Assembly (NCBI GenBank): GCA_010093995.1
Contig: ML992511.1
Location: 1,268,172-1,294,224 of the forward strand
Direction of reading: 5' to 3'
From: Elsinoe ampelina
Lineage: Eukaryota
DNA length: 26,053 bases
In this document: one piece after another, positions 10,755 through 20,722 of the stretch
Layout: every line of letters starts with the position of its first letter
How positions within the stretch are numbered: the stretch's first letter is position 1
Made by a program: the position numbers and the translations under genes
Notes under the pieces: model-generated
Told to the model about the DNA's origin: nothing
What the model saw: the letters and a program-made list of their open reading frames with translations, nothing else
The model's database searches: none

Positions 10755-11654
10755 ATGGCAGACGACAGCAACGCCCAGACCAGAGCTTCGCGCAAGGAGA
10801 TTGAGAAGTTGGAAGCAAGATTGGCTGGTCTAACTACCAGAGACGCAGCTCTGGCGAGCTCGCCGCGGCCGATCACCCCACGCCCGCCTCCACCCTCCAC
10901 CTTCTCCGCCCCCTCCACCACCTTCACCTTCTCCCCGATCTCCGCCTCCTCTTCCGCAGCCAGGTCGCCCACCTCTGGGTCCTCCTCGGCGGCCACCCCT
11001 GCCTCCGCCGCCCGCCCCTCCCTCGCCTCCACACCCTCCTCCATCGGCCTCGCCTCATCCTCCTCCATCAGCCAACCCTCCTCTTCCTCCGTCGCCACCC
11101 CCTCCGCGTCCTCCGTCGGGACCGCCTCCCCTTCCTCCCTCGCCACGCCCTCCAATTCTGCCACCGGCAAACGTGGCAGACCAAGCGTCGACAGGCCTGA
11201 TCTCACCCTGGCCGAGCTCCACCTTCGAGTCCCGGGAACTTCCAACCAGCATGTCGCCTTCTCGACTCTCAGCCTGCAGACTCGCAAGAAGATCGTCGGA
11301 TGGACTCAATGGGCCAGGTCCAAGAAGAATTGGCAAAAGGTGCTGGCGGTGAACAACGTGATGTGCATGATCTGCACCTGCCGCGCGCTCAAGAAGGATG
11401 GGTGCAAATACTCTGGCAGTTTCGATGCCTGGAGCTGGACTTGCGAGTATTGCATTGGTTCGTCCAAGAAGAATGGGGCACCTTGTATTCGGGTGGCAGA
11501 GGATACGACTGGGAGGATTTACCTGGTGCTTCCGCAGGACATCGTGGGTGACAGGTCGGCGAAGTTGGACAGCAATGGCGCGATCGACTACGAAGCTCAC
11601 TTCGCGTACATCAGCGACGAGCAAGTCAGCCTGTGTCCTGCAGATTACACATGA
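10755..11654 (+). CDS. Orphan 299-aa protein: Ser/Pro-rich N-half, KRGRP AT-hook-like motif, C-terminal atypical Cys6 cluster
   Basis: Intronless ORF with a good start context (CACCATGG). Cys pattern CMIC-x9-C-x12-CEYC-x10-C, with one extra Cys inside the x9 spacer. Confidence 0.72.
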   Translation: MADDSNAQTRASRKEIEKLEARLAGLTTRDAALASSPRPITPRPPPPSTFSAPSTTFTFSPISASSSAARSPTSGSSSAATPASAARPSLASTPSSIGLASSSSISQPSSSSVATPSASSVGTASPSSLATPSNSATGKRGRPSVDRPDLTLAELHLRVPGTSNQHVAFSTLSLQTRKKIVGWTQWARSKKNWQKVLAVNNVMCMICTCRALKKDGCKYSGSFDAWSWTCEYCIGSSKKNGAPCIRVAEDTTGRIYLVLPQDIVGDRSAKLDSNGAIDYEAHFAYISDEQVSLCPADYT

Positions 11655-12611
11655 CGATTATTGGGAACTCGGACCTCTGCTAGTCAAGTCCATACCATTT
11701 CTTTGAGCGCACTACATAGATATCATTCACTGTAATCTGATCTTGTTGCTCGTCCATCCCGTGCAGACAAGACGTTCATAACCAGACTTACCGTATTCTA
11801 TGATCGGAAGGTAAACTCAGCCATGACATCTGCAAAAATGCGAAGTGACGTTCAGGCATGTCTTGTGTGGAGACTGAACCACGAAATCCTGGCGGCAGCA
11901 ACTCTTGCAGAGCTATCTCTGGAAATGAAATATATTCTTGCCTTGATCAGAATGTGCACTCGCCTCGAGTGAATGACCTACTGATTCCAACAAGTTTGGT
12001 CTGATCGTCGATGCCGTTGATCCAGTCACACCATTCATGTCCTCCATCCTACATCTGGTCTACATCACCTGCCGGTGCTCGACTTTAGTAGGACGCGACG
12101 CTTCCGTACTGTTGATAAATGTGTCTACCGCTAGGGGCACGCCACCACCTCCGCATATCCGTCAAGCACAGATAGCACAGTATGTGGTGTGGACTGAAGC
12201 GGTACGTTGGGAACTGACGAGAAGCACAATATACAGCCTATCAATTACCTCCTCGCATAAGGGATGTCGACGTGTAACTCTGAAGCTGAGCTTCGTCAGA
12301 TACGGTCAATCAAGTTGACCAGGTACTACCACCTGTGCCTCAGCTTTCCAGCTTTCCATCACAAGGGCTGTCCATGCTCGTAGATCCCTTACCTCGGGGT
12401 TGATTGTCTTCGAAAACGGTGTTCGTGTAGACAGCCTCTTCAACCCTCGTGGCGAATGTTCCCTGTTTATCGAAGACTCCGCCGCACTTTCTCCCCAATG
12501 ATATTGGTTTTCGTCAACACGACTGCCGCAGCACGACCACTGGGCGTCCGATCTCTTGCGCTTTATGTCGGTCTCGTTCGTGCCTTGCCCGTTCCACCCA
12601 CTGCGCTAGTC

Positions 12612-12929
12612 TCATCCGTCAGGCGAGCGCAGCCCGTCCATCGCTGCCTTGATGCCTGCCTTGGTGTTCTCGATCCTTGCTGCCATTTCCTCCAGCTTTA
12701 TCGCATCCTCCTCGTTGGTCGCGATTGGGGCTGTCGCACGCTGCTGTTCCTTGACTAGGATGTTGAGGAGATCACCCAGGACGCAGAGTTGTGTGCCGAC
12801 CGTTCTGAATTCCTGATCAACGGCCCTCCCATCAACGGACGGTGCTTCGGCCATCTTCTCAAGCTTGTCGGCCGCCTGAGAAGCCGCGGCAAGCTCCTTC
12901 TCAATGTTCGCGGAGATGATTGATGACAT
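12612..12929 (-). CDS. Hypothetical helical/coiled-coil protein, possibly a truncated pseudogene
   Basis: Heptad-like Ala/Glu/Lys-rich ORF starting MSSIISANIEKELAAASQAADKLEKM. The same frame reopens for about 100 codons after two closely spaced stops. Confidence 0.4.
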   Translation of the reverse strand: MSSIISANIEKELAAASQAADKLEKMAEAPSVDGRAVDQEFRTVGTQLCVLGDLLNILVKEQQRATAPIATNEEDAIKLEEMAARIENTKAGIKAAMDGLRSPDG

Positions 12930-13329
12930 CTCGGTTATAGCCGGCGGGATAACACGCCTCGGCGGTTCCGCGTTCCGACACTCGTCGGCCAATCACCATC
13001 GTTCAAATAGCCACGTACTGGCAACAATTCCAGTGTGCATTCAAACTAGTTCGACTGCCATGTCTGGGATCGAACGGAGTCCTCCATGAGACCGCTCCGC
13101 ACGCCCAAGCTTTGTTGAATGACTTCTCGTGTCAACACGAGAGGCACTACGTCTAGACGAGGGAATCTCATAGATCTATGATACAATCATCCACCAGGAA
13201 AGAAATGGCAATCATCTGAAGGAGGACCCGCCGAGTGTTTCGATTGTGCTGACCGCAGCATCGAATACTGGAGGTCACACGCATGGATGACACATTCGTA
13301 AGCCTTCACTGACGTCCTTGCTACATACA

Positions 13330-13626
13330 ATGTCAGCATCTGGGCCGAGTAAATTTGTTGAAGGATATTTCACGGAATTAAAGAGATCATCTGCAGCGCA
13401 AGAGGCAGAGGAGGCTAAATGGAAGGAGGAGTATACCAAGGCGAATATCCTTCATGGCACAGCAGCTCCCTTGCGATCTAGATCTAATTGCAAGAGCACG
13501 AAGCAAATCCACTTCCAAAGTTCAAGCAGATGCGATTGTCCAAGTCACAGCATGGACATCGGCGAGCGTTCCAAAGAGGTCGAAGAGGCCCGTAGGATCG
13601 AGAGTGAGTGTTCCACTTACTTGTAG
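13330..13626 (+). CDS. Small hypothetical protein (may be spliced at GTGAGT near 13605)
   Basis: ATG in CATACAATG context with a helical charged N-terminus; no recognisable domain. Confidence 0.3.
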   Translation: MSASGPSKFVEGYFTELKRSSAAQEAEEAKWKEEYTKANILHGTAAPLRSRSNCKSTKQIHFQSSSRCDCPSHSMDIGERSKEVEEARRIESECSTYL

Positions 13627-14006
13627 TGGACAATCATGCACCTGGCAGGACCTCGTCAACGTGATGGCAAGGTTATCGAGGATCGTCCGTGTATTGTGGG
13701 CAAGATAATCACTCAAGTCTGAGATCCCACCCAATGCCTGGCCAGATTTCAGCGCCTTGGTCGGCACCACGTGCAGGCCATGGTACATAGCGAGTCGGGC
13801 TCATCCTTAGCACGGTCATCAGTCACTCTGGGACACGTCAACACGTCGTGATGGGCCTCAAATGGTGGTCACTGACGTAAGTAGAGTAGGAAGTCGCGCC
13901 AAAGAAAAAATATGGATCAATTCTCATCTGTCACAGAAATAAGCGCATACAACGGCAACGGTCCTCATTCGACGTTGACGGCTCTCTCACATCGATCAGA
14001 CTGCAG

Positions 14007-16505
14007 ATGAATGCCACCCTGGTCGACGGACTCGACAAAGCCCACGAGAATTACGGCGACAGTGCTCTTACATTGGCTGCGACTGCGCAAGTAGCCGCTC
14101 TTCTCATTGCTGTCCAAGCCATTGTCGCTCTCGTGCAGATGAGAGGTCGAGGAGGCTTCCTTCCAGCCATCCGGTAAGCAGCATCAGACATGAATGTCGC
14201 CGCGCCAGTGACGTTAGTAAATACTAATCCTGCACATTGTAGAGTATTGCATCGCGCCGAATTAGCTGGCAATCAGACAGATCGCGGAGGACATCGGAAC
14301 CCTAACCTTGCTCTCCTTCGCTTGCTGAAGATGCAAGTGCGCCTTTTCGGCGGCTTGACTGTTCTTCTAGCTCCCGTTCTGCTGCCGGTCAATAGATTGC
14401 AGCCTCGCGGACAGGAAAGAGCTCGTGGTCTTGACAGATTCAGCTACGTGAATATCCCGCCGGAACGACACCGACTGTTCTGGGTGCACCTCGCAGCACT
14501 GGCAGTTCTCGTCAGTTGGTGCGGGTTCGTGGTACACGCTGAACTCGAAGCATTGTGCGATCTGGCCGGATCGTCAGCAATGGTGACACAGACTCGATTC
14601 CTCTTAAGCAGTGACGGAGACGAAGGAACGTACGCTCAAATAAGCGACACGGTGCAGAGAATGTGTCCGGAGGGCGCTGTGTTGAAGCCAGTCATCCTGG
14701 ACGGACTGGTCTCCGTCGACTCGTCACGAATGTCGGCCATGCTCCTCGCCCTGGAGAAGCTTGTGATGCAGTCCAGGCACGTGACAGATCTGCGTCGTCC
14801 TGAACGGCGGATCGAACAGGTCTTCAAGGACATACACTCACTGACGGACCATCTTAGGGACGATGACAGATGCCCTCCTCCCTTGGCTATACTTGACATT
14901 CCCAACGCTCGCGACCTCAACATCGTGCGTGTATTACGAATGCCTGGTATCAGAATGAGCGAGACCGCATACGATCTGGACGATGTGCAGTGGCATAGAT
15001 TACGGAGGCCTAAGAAGTCTCGATTTGTCTCCTTGTCGCCCAGGTACCAGTCAGCAATTGTCCGGTGCTTGACCATCGCTGCTTCGGTAACTCTTGCGAT
15101 TCCAGTCTCCTTTCAGGGTATGCTTGCCTATCTCTATGAGTTCCTCCACGCCGTCAAACCGACGACTGCAGAACCTCTTCGAATACCCGAGTGGCTCGCC
15201 TCGTACATGAGAGGTGTCTTTCCTCAAGTCTTGGGTCTTTGCTTCGTGCTCTGTTCACCCATCGTCATTCGCGCTCTTGTCCGCAAGCACCGTCTAGTCA
15301 CTTCCTGTGAAGTCGACGCGGTTTTCTCACGCTACCTCTTTCTCTACTTGTTTTTGCAGGTATTCGTCTTCGTTTCACTGTCGACTAGTATCACCGCTGT
15401 GCTCTCCATCATTGTACGGCAGCCGAACGAGATTCCCGAGCTGTTGAGCACCAACCTTCCCAGAGCGGGCAATTACTTTATCTCCTACGTACTGGTTCAA
15501 GGCTTGACACTGGCCGTCAGCAGTCTAGTCGATCGTGACGGGCTACTAGATTTTCTGCTTCGGAAAAGGCTCAAGGCACGGACGGCACGTGAGGTCCTCC
15601 TGAGTCGTTGCCCGAGTGAATGCGATTGGCCGGTGCTATTTCCCACGGTCACATTGATTGGAATCATCGGTGAGTATTGCAGCGCTGTGCGACAAGTTGG
15701 GGGAATGATTTGCTGACTTTGTCTTCTTTTGTGACCGGCAGGTCTGGTCTACTCTGTCATAACGCCTGTTATACTCCCTTGCATCTTCCTCGTCATGGTT
15801 GCACTGCTGTACAGCTTTGCCTACCGCTCGACGTTCTCCTATTCCAACGACAGGTCGAATTCGTTGTTTCTGTGGAAGAGAGCGCTCTTGGACTTGCATT
15901 GGGGCCTGTACACGCTCCAGCTCTGCATGTTGGGCACATTCTTATCTTTAAGAGATCGGAGCGGTGCACGCACTTGCACGGCTCAAGCCTTGATCACCCT
16001 GATCATTCTGGTGCTTACCGTGCTATCGCATCGAAAATGTCTCGATCGAGCGAGCAAGGTTGACGCTATGGTCCCATCGGACGCGTTGCCCGCCTGTCGA
16101 GAAGATCTCCCGGGGGGACTGGCCGCGCCACCCACTGTCCGGACTGCTCAGACCGGGTCAAATTCCATGGCAACTTGTACAACGGATCAGTGGCGATATA
16201 GTCGCAATGACCTCTCGCCTTTTGTGAGTCGTGCCCGGGTGGACAATGACAGATGTCACGTCAAGGCGCTCGGCACCATCCATGTGCCTAAATGCGACAA
16301 TGGTGCGGCTCGACATGTCACAGGCTTGTATGAGACTATCCGGTCACACCTGGACGATGATCGTGGCACTATCGTTCTATCTGGACACATCCAGATGGTA
16401 AGTGGAGGATACTTGTTGGACAAGAAAGGTGACAGGCACGTCGATGAAACGGACGCAGTGATGGAGCTCATGCTCGACTATTATTCTCACACCAATCGAT
16501 TTTGA
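14007..16505 (+). CDS. Divergent CSC1/OSCA/TMEM63 (DUF221, RSN1-like) mechano/osmosensitive cation channel, ~785 aa
   Basis: Exons 14007-14173, 14243-15669, 15742-16505; introns GTAAGC..CTAAT..TAG and GTGAGT..CTGAC..CAG join in frame. Motifs GLDRFSYVNI, FLFLQVFVFVSLS, LSTNLPRAGNYFISYV, IIGLVYSVITPVILP and WGLYTLQLCMLGTF; many hydrophobic segments. Confidence 0.85.
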
Positions 16506-16881
16506 GTCCATGTACAATTTGCTTTCTCAGAAATAACAAATATAAAAATATATATATAAAAAAAGGCAGAATGCGAATGGGAAGTTATAGCACAACATCA
16601 CCCCACCTATCGTTCACACTTCCTGCTTGCCTCGTCTGGGTGTCTTTCACCATTGAAGAACCGTTAGATAGATGTGACAAGGACTTGATGCAAGTCAAAT
16701 TGTCCATTCAATCAGGGTGCTACAGCAGGTATTGCTGCTACGCGAGCAATCCTGGTCCAAATATGTCAACTTGCTTATCTCCTGTCACTTTGATGTTGCT
16801 CGCTGCTACGACCCATGCGATCAACGCATGCCATAGAGTCCCAACACACACCTCTCGACTGTCTTCCATGCAAGCTTCACA

Positions 16882-17700
16882 TCATACAACACCCGTACCT
16901 CCAATATCGTCATTAAGATCGCCGCCTACCCCTTGATTATGACATATGTCAGCCTGCTCTCGAAGTTCCGGGTCAGAGCCAATGCGAAAAGATGGTGTCA
17001 GTCCGGTATTCTGTGCGATACGCAAGAGCTGGCTGATCGGGCCCACTTTGGTGTTCCACTCTTTCGCGAACACATGTACAAGACAGAAGTTGTCGATCCC
17101 CGGCATAGCTTCTCTCCAGCGATACCATATCTCTTCGCAAACTTCTTGATCTATAGCAACATTATCACATTCAACCCAGCTTGCTTTCCTCAGACCATCA
17201 AGGGTACTCGCACATCTGAGCCGTGCGAGCGGAACCTCTCGCATTGATGCTAAATTCCCGGACCAACGCTTGGGCGACCACGTCACGACGTCCAGATGAC
17301 TGTCATCACCTAGAGCGGCGAGGAAGGACTGCAGCTGGCGCTCGGGTACTCCGGGGTGCTTCAATGGCAGCAAAAATGTTATGTAGCCACGCTGCTGAAT
17401 CTCACAGACTCCCCTATTCTGATCGAATCTTGGTCGGATTTTGCCGTGCGGCTGCGAGTTTATGCTCACGAGACCGTAGCGGTGAAGATGAGTTAATAAG
17501 CCCACAATCTGCTCAGTCTCTCCATCGATCGGGCCCATGTGTTCCGGTGTCGATGCTACTTTCCGGAGATAGAAACACATGAGAACGACGCAATCTTCCC
17601 AAAGGGACAAATTGCGCCAAAGCTTGTCGTCCGCTTCTCTTTGCTTCTCCGATATACCATCATCCTTCCATAAACTCAAATCGGTATAAGTGGATGCCAT
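16882..17700 (-). CDS. Stand-alone protein resembling the MTHFR C-terminal regulatory domain (DUF6919-like)
   Basis: Intronless 272-aa ORF with TPEHMGPIDGETEQIVGLLTHLHRYGLVSINSQP...QQRGYITFL. This parallels the eukaryotic MTHFR C-domain pattern ET..I...L..N..G.LTINSQP...QKAYLEFF. Confidence 0.6.
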   Translation of the reverse strand: MASTYTDLSLWKDDGISEKQREADDKLWRNLSLWEDCVVLMCFYLRKVASTPEHMGPIDGETEQIVGLLTHLHRYGLVSINSQPHGKIRPRFDQNRGVCEIQQRGYITFLLPLKHPGVPERQLQSFLAALGDDSHLDVVTWSPKRWSGNLASMREVPLARLRCASTLDGLRKASWVECDNVAIDQEVCEEIWYRWREAMPGIDNFCLVHVFAKEWNTKVGPISQLLRIAQNTGLTPSFRIGSDPELREQADICHNQGVGGDLNDDIGGTGVV

Positions 17701-18554
17701 TGGTGTACGATATGGCGGACTGGATCGGTATGGTGTGCAGGCCAGCTGTGAATGAACAACCTCCAATCTAGGATCCCGGAAATGTATGTTGTTGAGGTAA
17801 AATACTACGCTTACGCATTACGTGATGGTCAGAGATTGGTGGGCATACGTGCAGCTTACTTCGCCTCTTCTACGGATATAATTACGAATTTCCCATCATG
17901 CACGGAAAGAAGACATGAGAAACACGTCGACTGATTGTCACGCTCATTGTGTTCCAAATTTTTTGGATTGAAGACAGCAGCTCCAATGACCGCTCTGAAT
18001 GACGAGCCGAAAGTGGTCAAATCGCCCTCTCCACCGTCGATCAAAGAGGGGCAGGCGCGCACAGCGGTTCATGAGGCCTCTCAGAGGGTTCAGCTGGAGA
18101 TGCGCGGAAGGAAGTTGATCGCGGGTAATGAATGAGAGATTCCGGGATTGAGCCGCGGACGAGAGGCCCACCGCAGGTTGCGAGCATTACCTCGTTGAGA
18201 ACTACCAACCACTGTCCGAAAACACACAAGCTCGGCAGATTCATCTTGTATTCCCGTGGCGCATACAGCCGACCGAAAGTCTCTTAATTCAAGTTAGCTT
18301 GGACACAGCTAATTACGTCATCTCACGTGGCGGTGACGACCACCATGTAATTATTGACTGTCTTACCAACATTTCCAGATTCTTTGTCACCTGCCTGCCC
18401 AGCTAGACGTATTTCGTGCTGCCCCAATGAACGTTAGCTTGCTAGACTTGCACGCGACCAGCACACCATTATGTAGCGCTATCGAATTATGTATAAAGAG
18501 ATCTCCTTGAGGAGTATGCAAACATTTATTCGTTCAGAAAAACATATTGATAAC

Positions 18555-18860
18555 ATGCCACCTCAAGACGACATAATCTTTGATGCCGCCCCTGCACTTC
18601 CATCTATATTTTTCAGAGAAGGATCTTGCTACTTCCTGATAGTCCAGGGTGGTCTTCATGAAATCGAATTGAAACCAGCCCGCGCCATTCGATCCTACTC
18701 TGTAGACGATGTCGAGATGGACGAGTGCTCTGACGAGCCCAGCGACAAACGTAAATGGGTCAAGATTCGGACTGGTAGGAGAAAGTGCCAGGGCGACGAT
18801 TTCTACCTTTACTTACACGAAAGTCACGTGGAGTTTCTGGACGAGGCAATAGAGTTCTAA
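18555..18860 (+). CDS. Small acidic, beta-rich hypothetical protein (~101 aa)
   Basis: Clean, globular-looking ORF starting MPPQDDIIFDAAP, with a TATAAA box about 60 bp upstream (18492). Confidence 0.55.
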   Translation: MPPQDDIIFDAAPALPSIFFREGSCYFLIVQGGLHEIELKPARAIRSYSVDDVEMDECSDEPSDKRKWVKIRTGRRKCQGDDFYLYLHESHVEFLDEAIEF

Positions 18861-19417
18861 GTAATGCATATTTCAACTTGACTTACATCACCTTTCATGC
18901 ATGAAACCATCTCCGCGTGCCGCATTAATGATCCAAAATTGCAGGTCAAATGTCTATCGATCAATCTGGGAGGCTCTGACAGGACTTGCCACGATAATCC
19001 GAAGAGCGTGGGAAATGACATGGAAACGAAGATGGCACTTGCGATGCGCTTATTCTTTCGTGTCAGCTTCGAAGTGATATTACTTAGCCACAACGTAGCT
19101 GGTCATGTTAATCCTAAGCATCTTATTATAAGTTAATCATAACCGTTTGACGTCCGTCCCGGCCCCACGAAATTCCTGAGCCACCGAAAGCTCAAAATGG
19201 TAATTACCTCGATTGCTGCCCTCCTTCTTTCCCATTTTGTGTCATCATGACACGAAACTGCAGAAGATGTATTGTAAGGTAGTTCAAACGATGCGAGCTC
19301 GACATGACAATGGTGGAAATGCACATTCCGGCGCCTCTTGTCCTCCGTAGGTCACTACAGGCCATCACGCTTGACTAGCTCCACCTGCGCGACATGATCG
19401 ATTATAGCTCATCAGCT

Positions 19418-19825
19418 CTAGCACAGGGTCTGTAGCGTTGTCGAGGTCCAGAAGATTGTCTCGCTTGTGGTAACATTAAGCATGGTTAGATGAGCGAAGG
19501 TGCCGCAGCGCATCACTATCTCTGCTTGACCACTTAGCACGTCTTGTCCAAGTTGCAGCCGGAATTTCTGCTCGGTGAAGGGGGCTGGCCGTCCGCTGCT
19601 ACAGTTCTTCGGCTTGCTTGGCTGCAAGGAAAGCAACGTTTGATTTGCCACAACCAGGTAGCCAGCTTGACACTGGGGCAAATGAGGGACCACGAAGCTC
19701 TCTCCTCGACCTGCCTGTACCTGTAACACAGCTGAACCGTCATTTGCTACGCCTTCTGCTGCGGTCGAAATTGTGAGCGCCGCGAATACAGCATACGAGA
19801 GGTGGAAGAGACTGGGAAGCTTCAT
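19418..19825 (-). CDS. Small secreted protein (135 aa, 4 Cys)
   Basis: N-terminal signal-peptide-like MKLPSLFHLSYAVFAALTISTAA, N-glycosylation sequons NQT/NCS/NVT, and a CAAAATG start context. Confidence 0.6.
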   Translation of the reverse strand: MKLPSLFHLSYAVFAALTISTAAEGVANDGSAVLQVQAGRGESFVVPHLPQCQAGYLVVANQTLLSLQPSKPKNCSSGRPAPFTEQKFRLQLGQDVLSGQAEIVMRCGTFAHLTMLNVTTSETIFWTSTTLQTLC

Positions 19826-20722
19826 TTTGTGTTCAATTGGTCGAGGAGCGCCAGCAATGCTGATGAATCAATGATGAGGTTTTATATGAATTGTGATCAC
19901 GTCATCAAGATTCATTCAAACGTACAAGTTATGCATGGTCTGGGATTCTAGTCTTCACGCATGTGATGTGTTCGAGACTCGCGATGTTTGCAAACAACCG
20001 AGACAGGAACTGTCAGGTCATCGAATGGCGACCAGTACTACAACAAAGCTGCCTATGTCGAAATGGTACGGTGTGATTGATTGCGGCCGAGCCCCAATGT
20101 GCCACTGTGGTACATCAGACCACCTTGTGACCAGGCGGTGAAATTGTAGACCCATACGATCGGCTCTCTTTCCAATCACATTTCACAGGGGCTGGCCTAT
20201 GTTGGTTTGTATGGACCACCGATTACGTGAAGTGATGTCATGATACTCAAGCCGTGCAACTGTCTAACCATACGTTCTCGCCTTGACGCGTGTGCCGCGT
20301 AGTCTACGATATCGCTATAGCTGGTGTTCAAGACTCACTCTCTGCCCGTTCAGAACGACATAGACTGCAGAACCTCGTATTGAACAGTGGGCACCGTCAT
20401 TCTGTAATGAAACTTCATGCTGCATGCATGCGTCTGCCCATGTCAATACGGCACATCTGCCGGCCTGCTGGTAGGGGCTGCCATCTCTTCATCGATGTAG
20501 TAGCTGTCACACTGCCCACAAATTGTGTCCCAGACTCCTTTGTGGTCGGCAAAGTCTTGGTGTGACGAAAAGGCTGGCTGGAAACGTATGCGGTGAACTG
20601 GAAGATTGGCTTTCGAATGTTGGGTCTCGGGCTAGTGTCGAGCAGCGGGCCGAGCCGGTGCGGAATGAAGATTTTCCCGTCTGCAGAAATCCCACGCTTT
20701 CGTGATTGCTTTCTACGATCAC

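Noticed and set aside
11700..12300. Protein-like fragments with possible splice sites on the minus strand
   Set aside because: No start or stop context and no recognisable motif; cannot be supported without homology.
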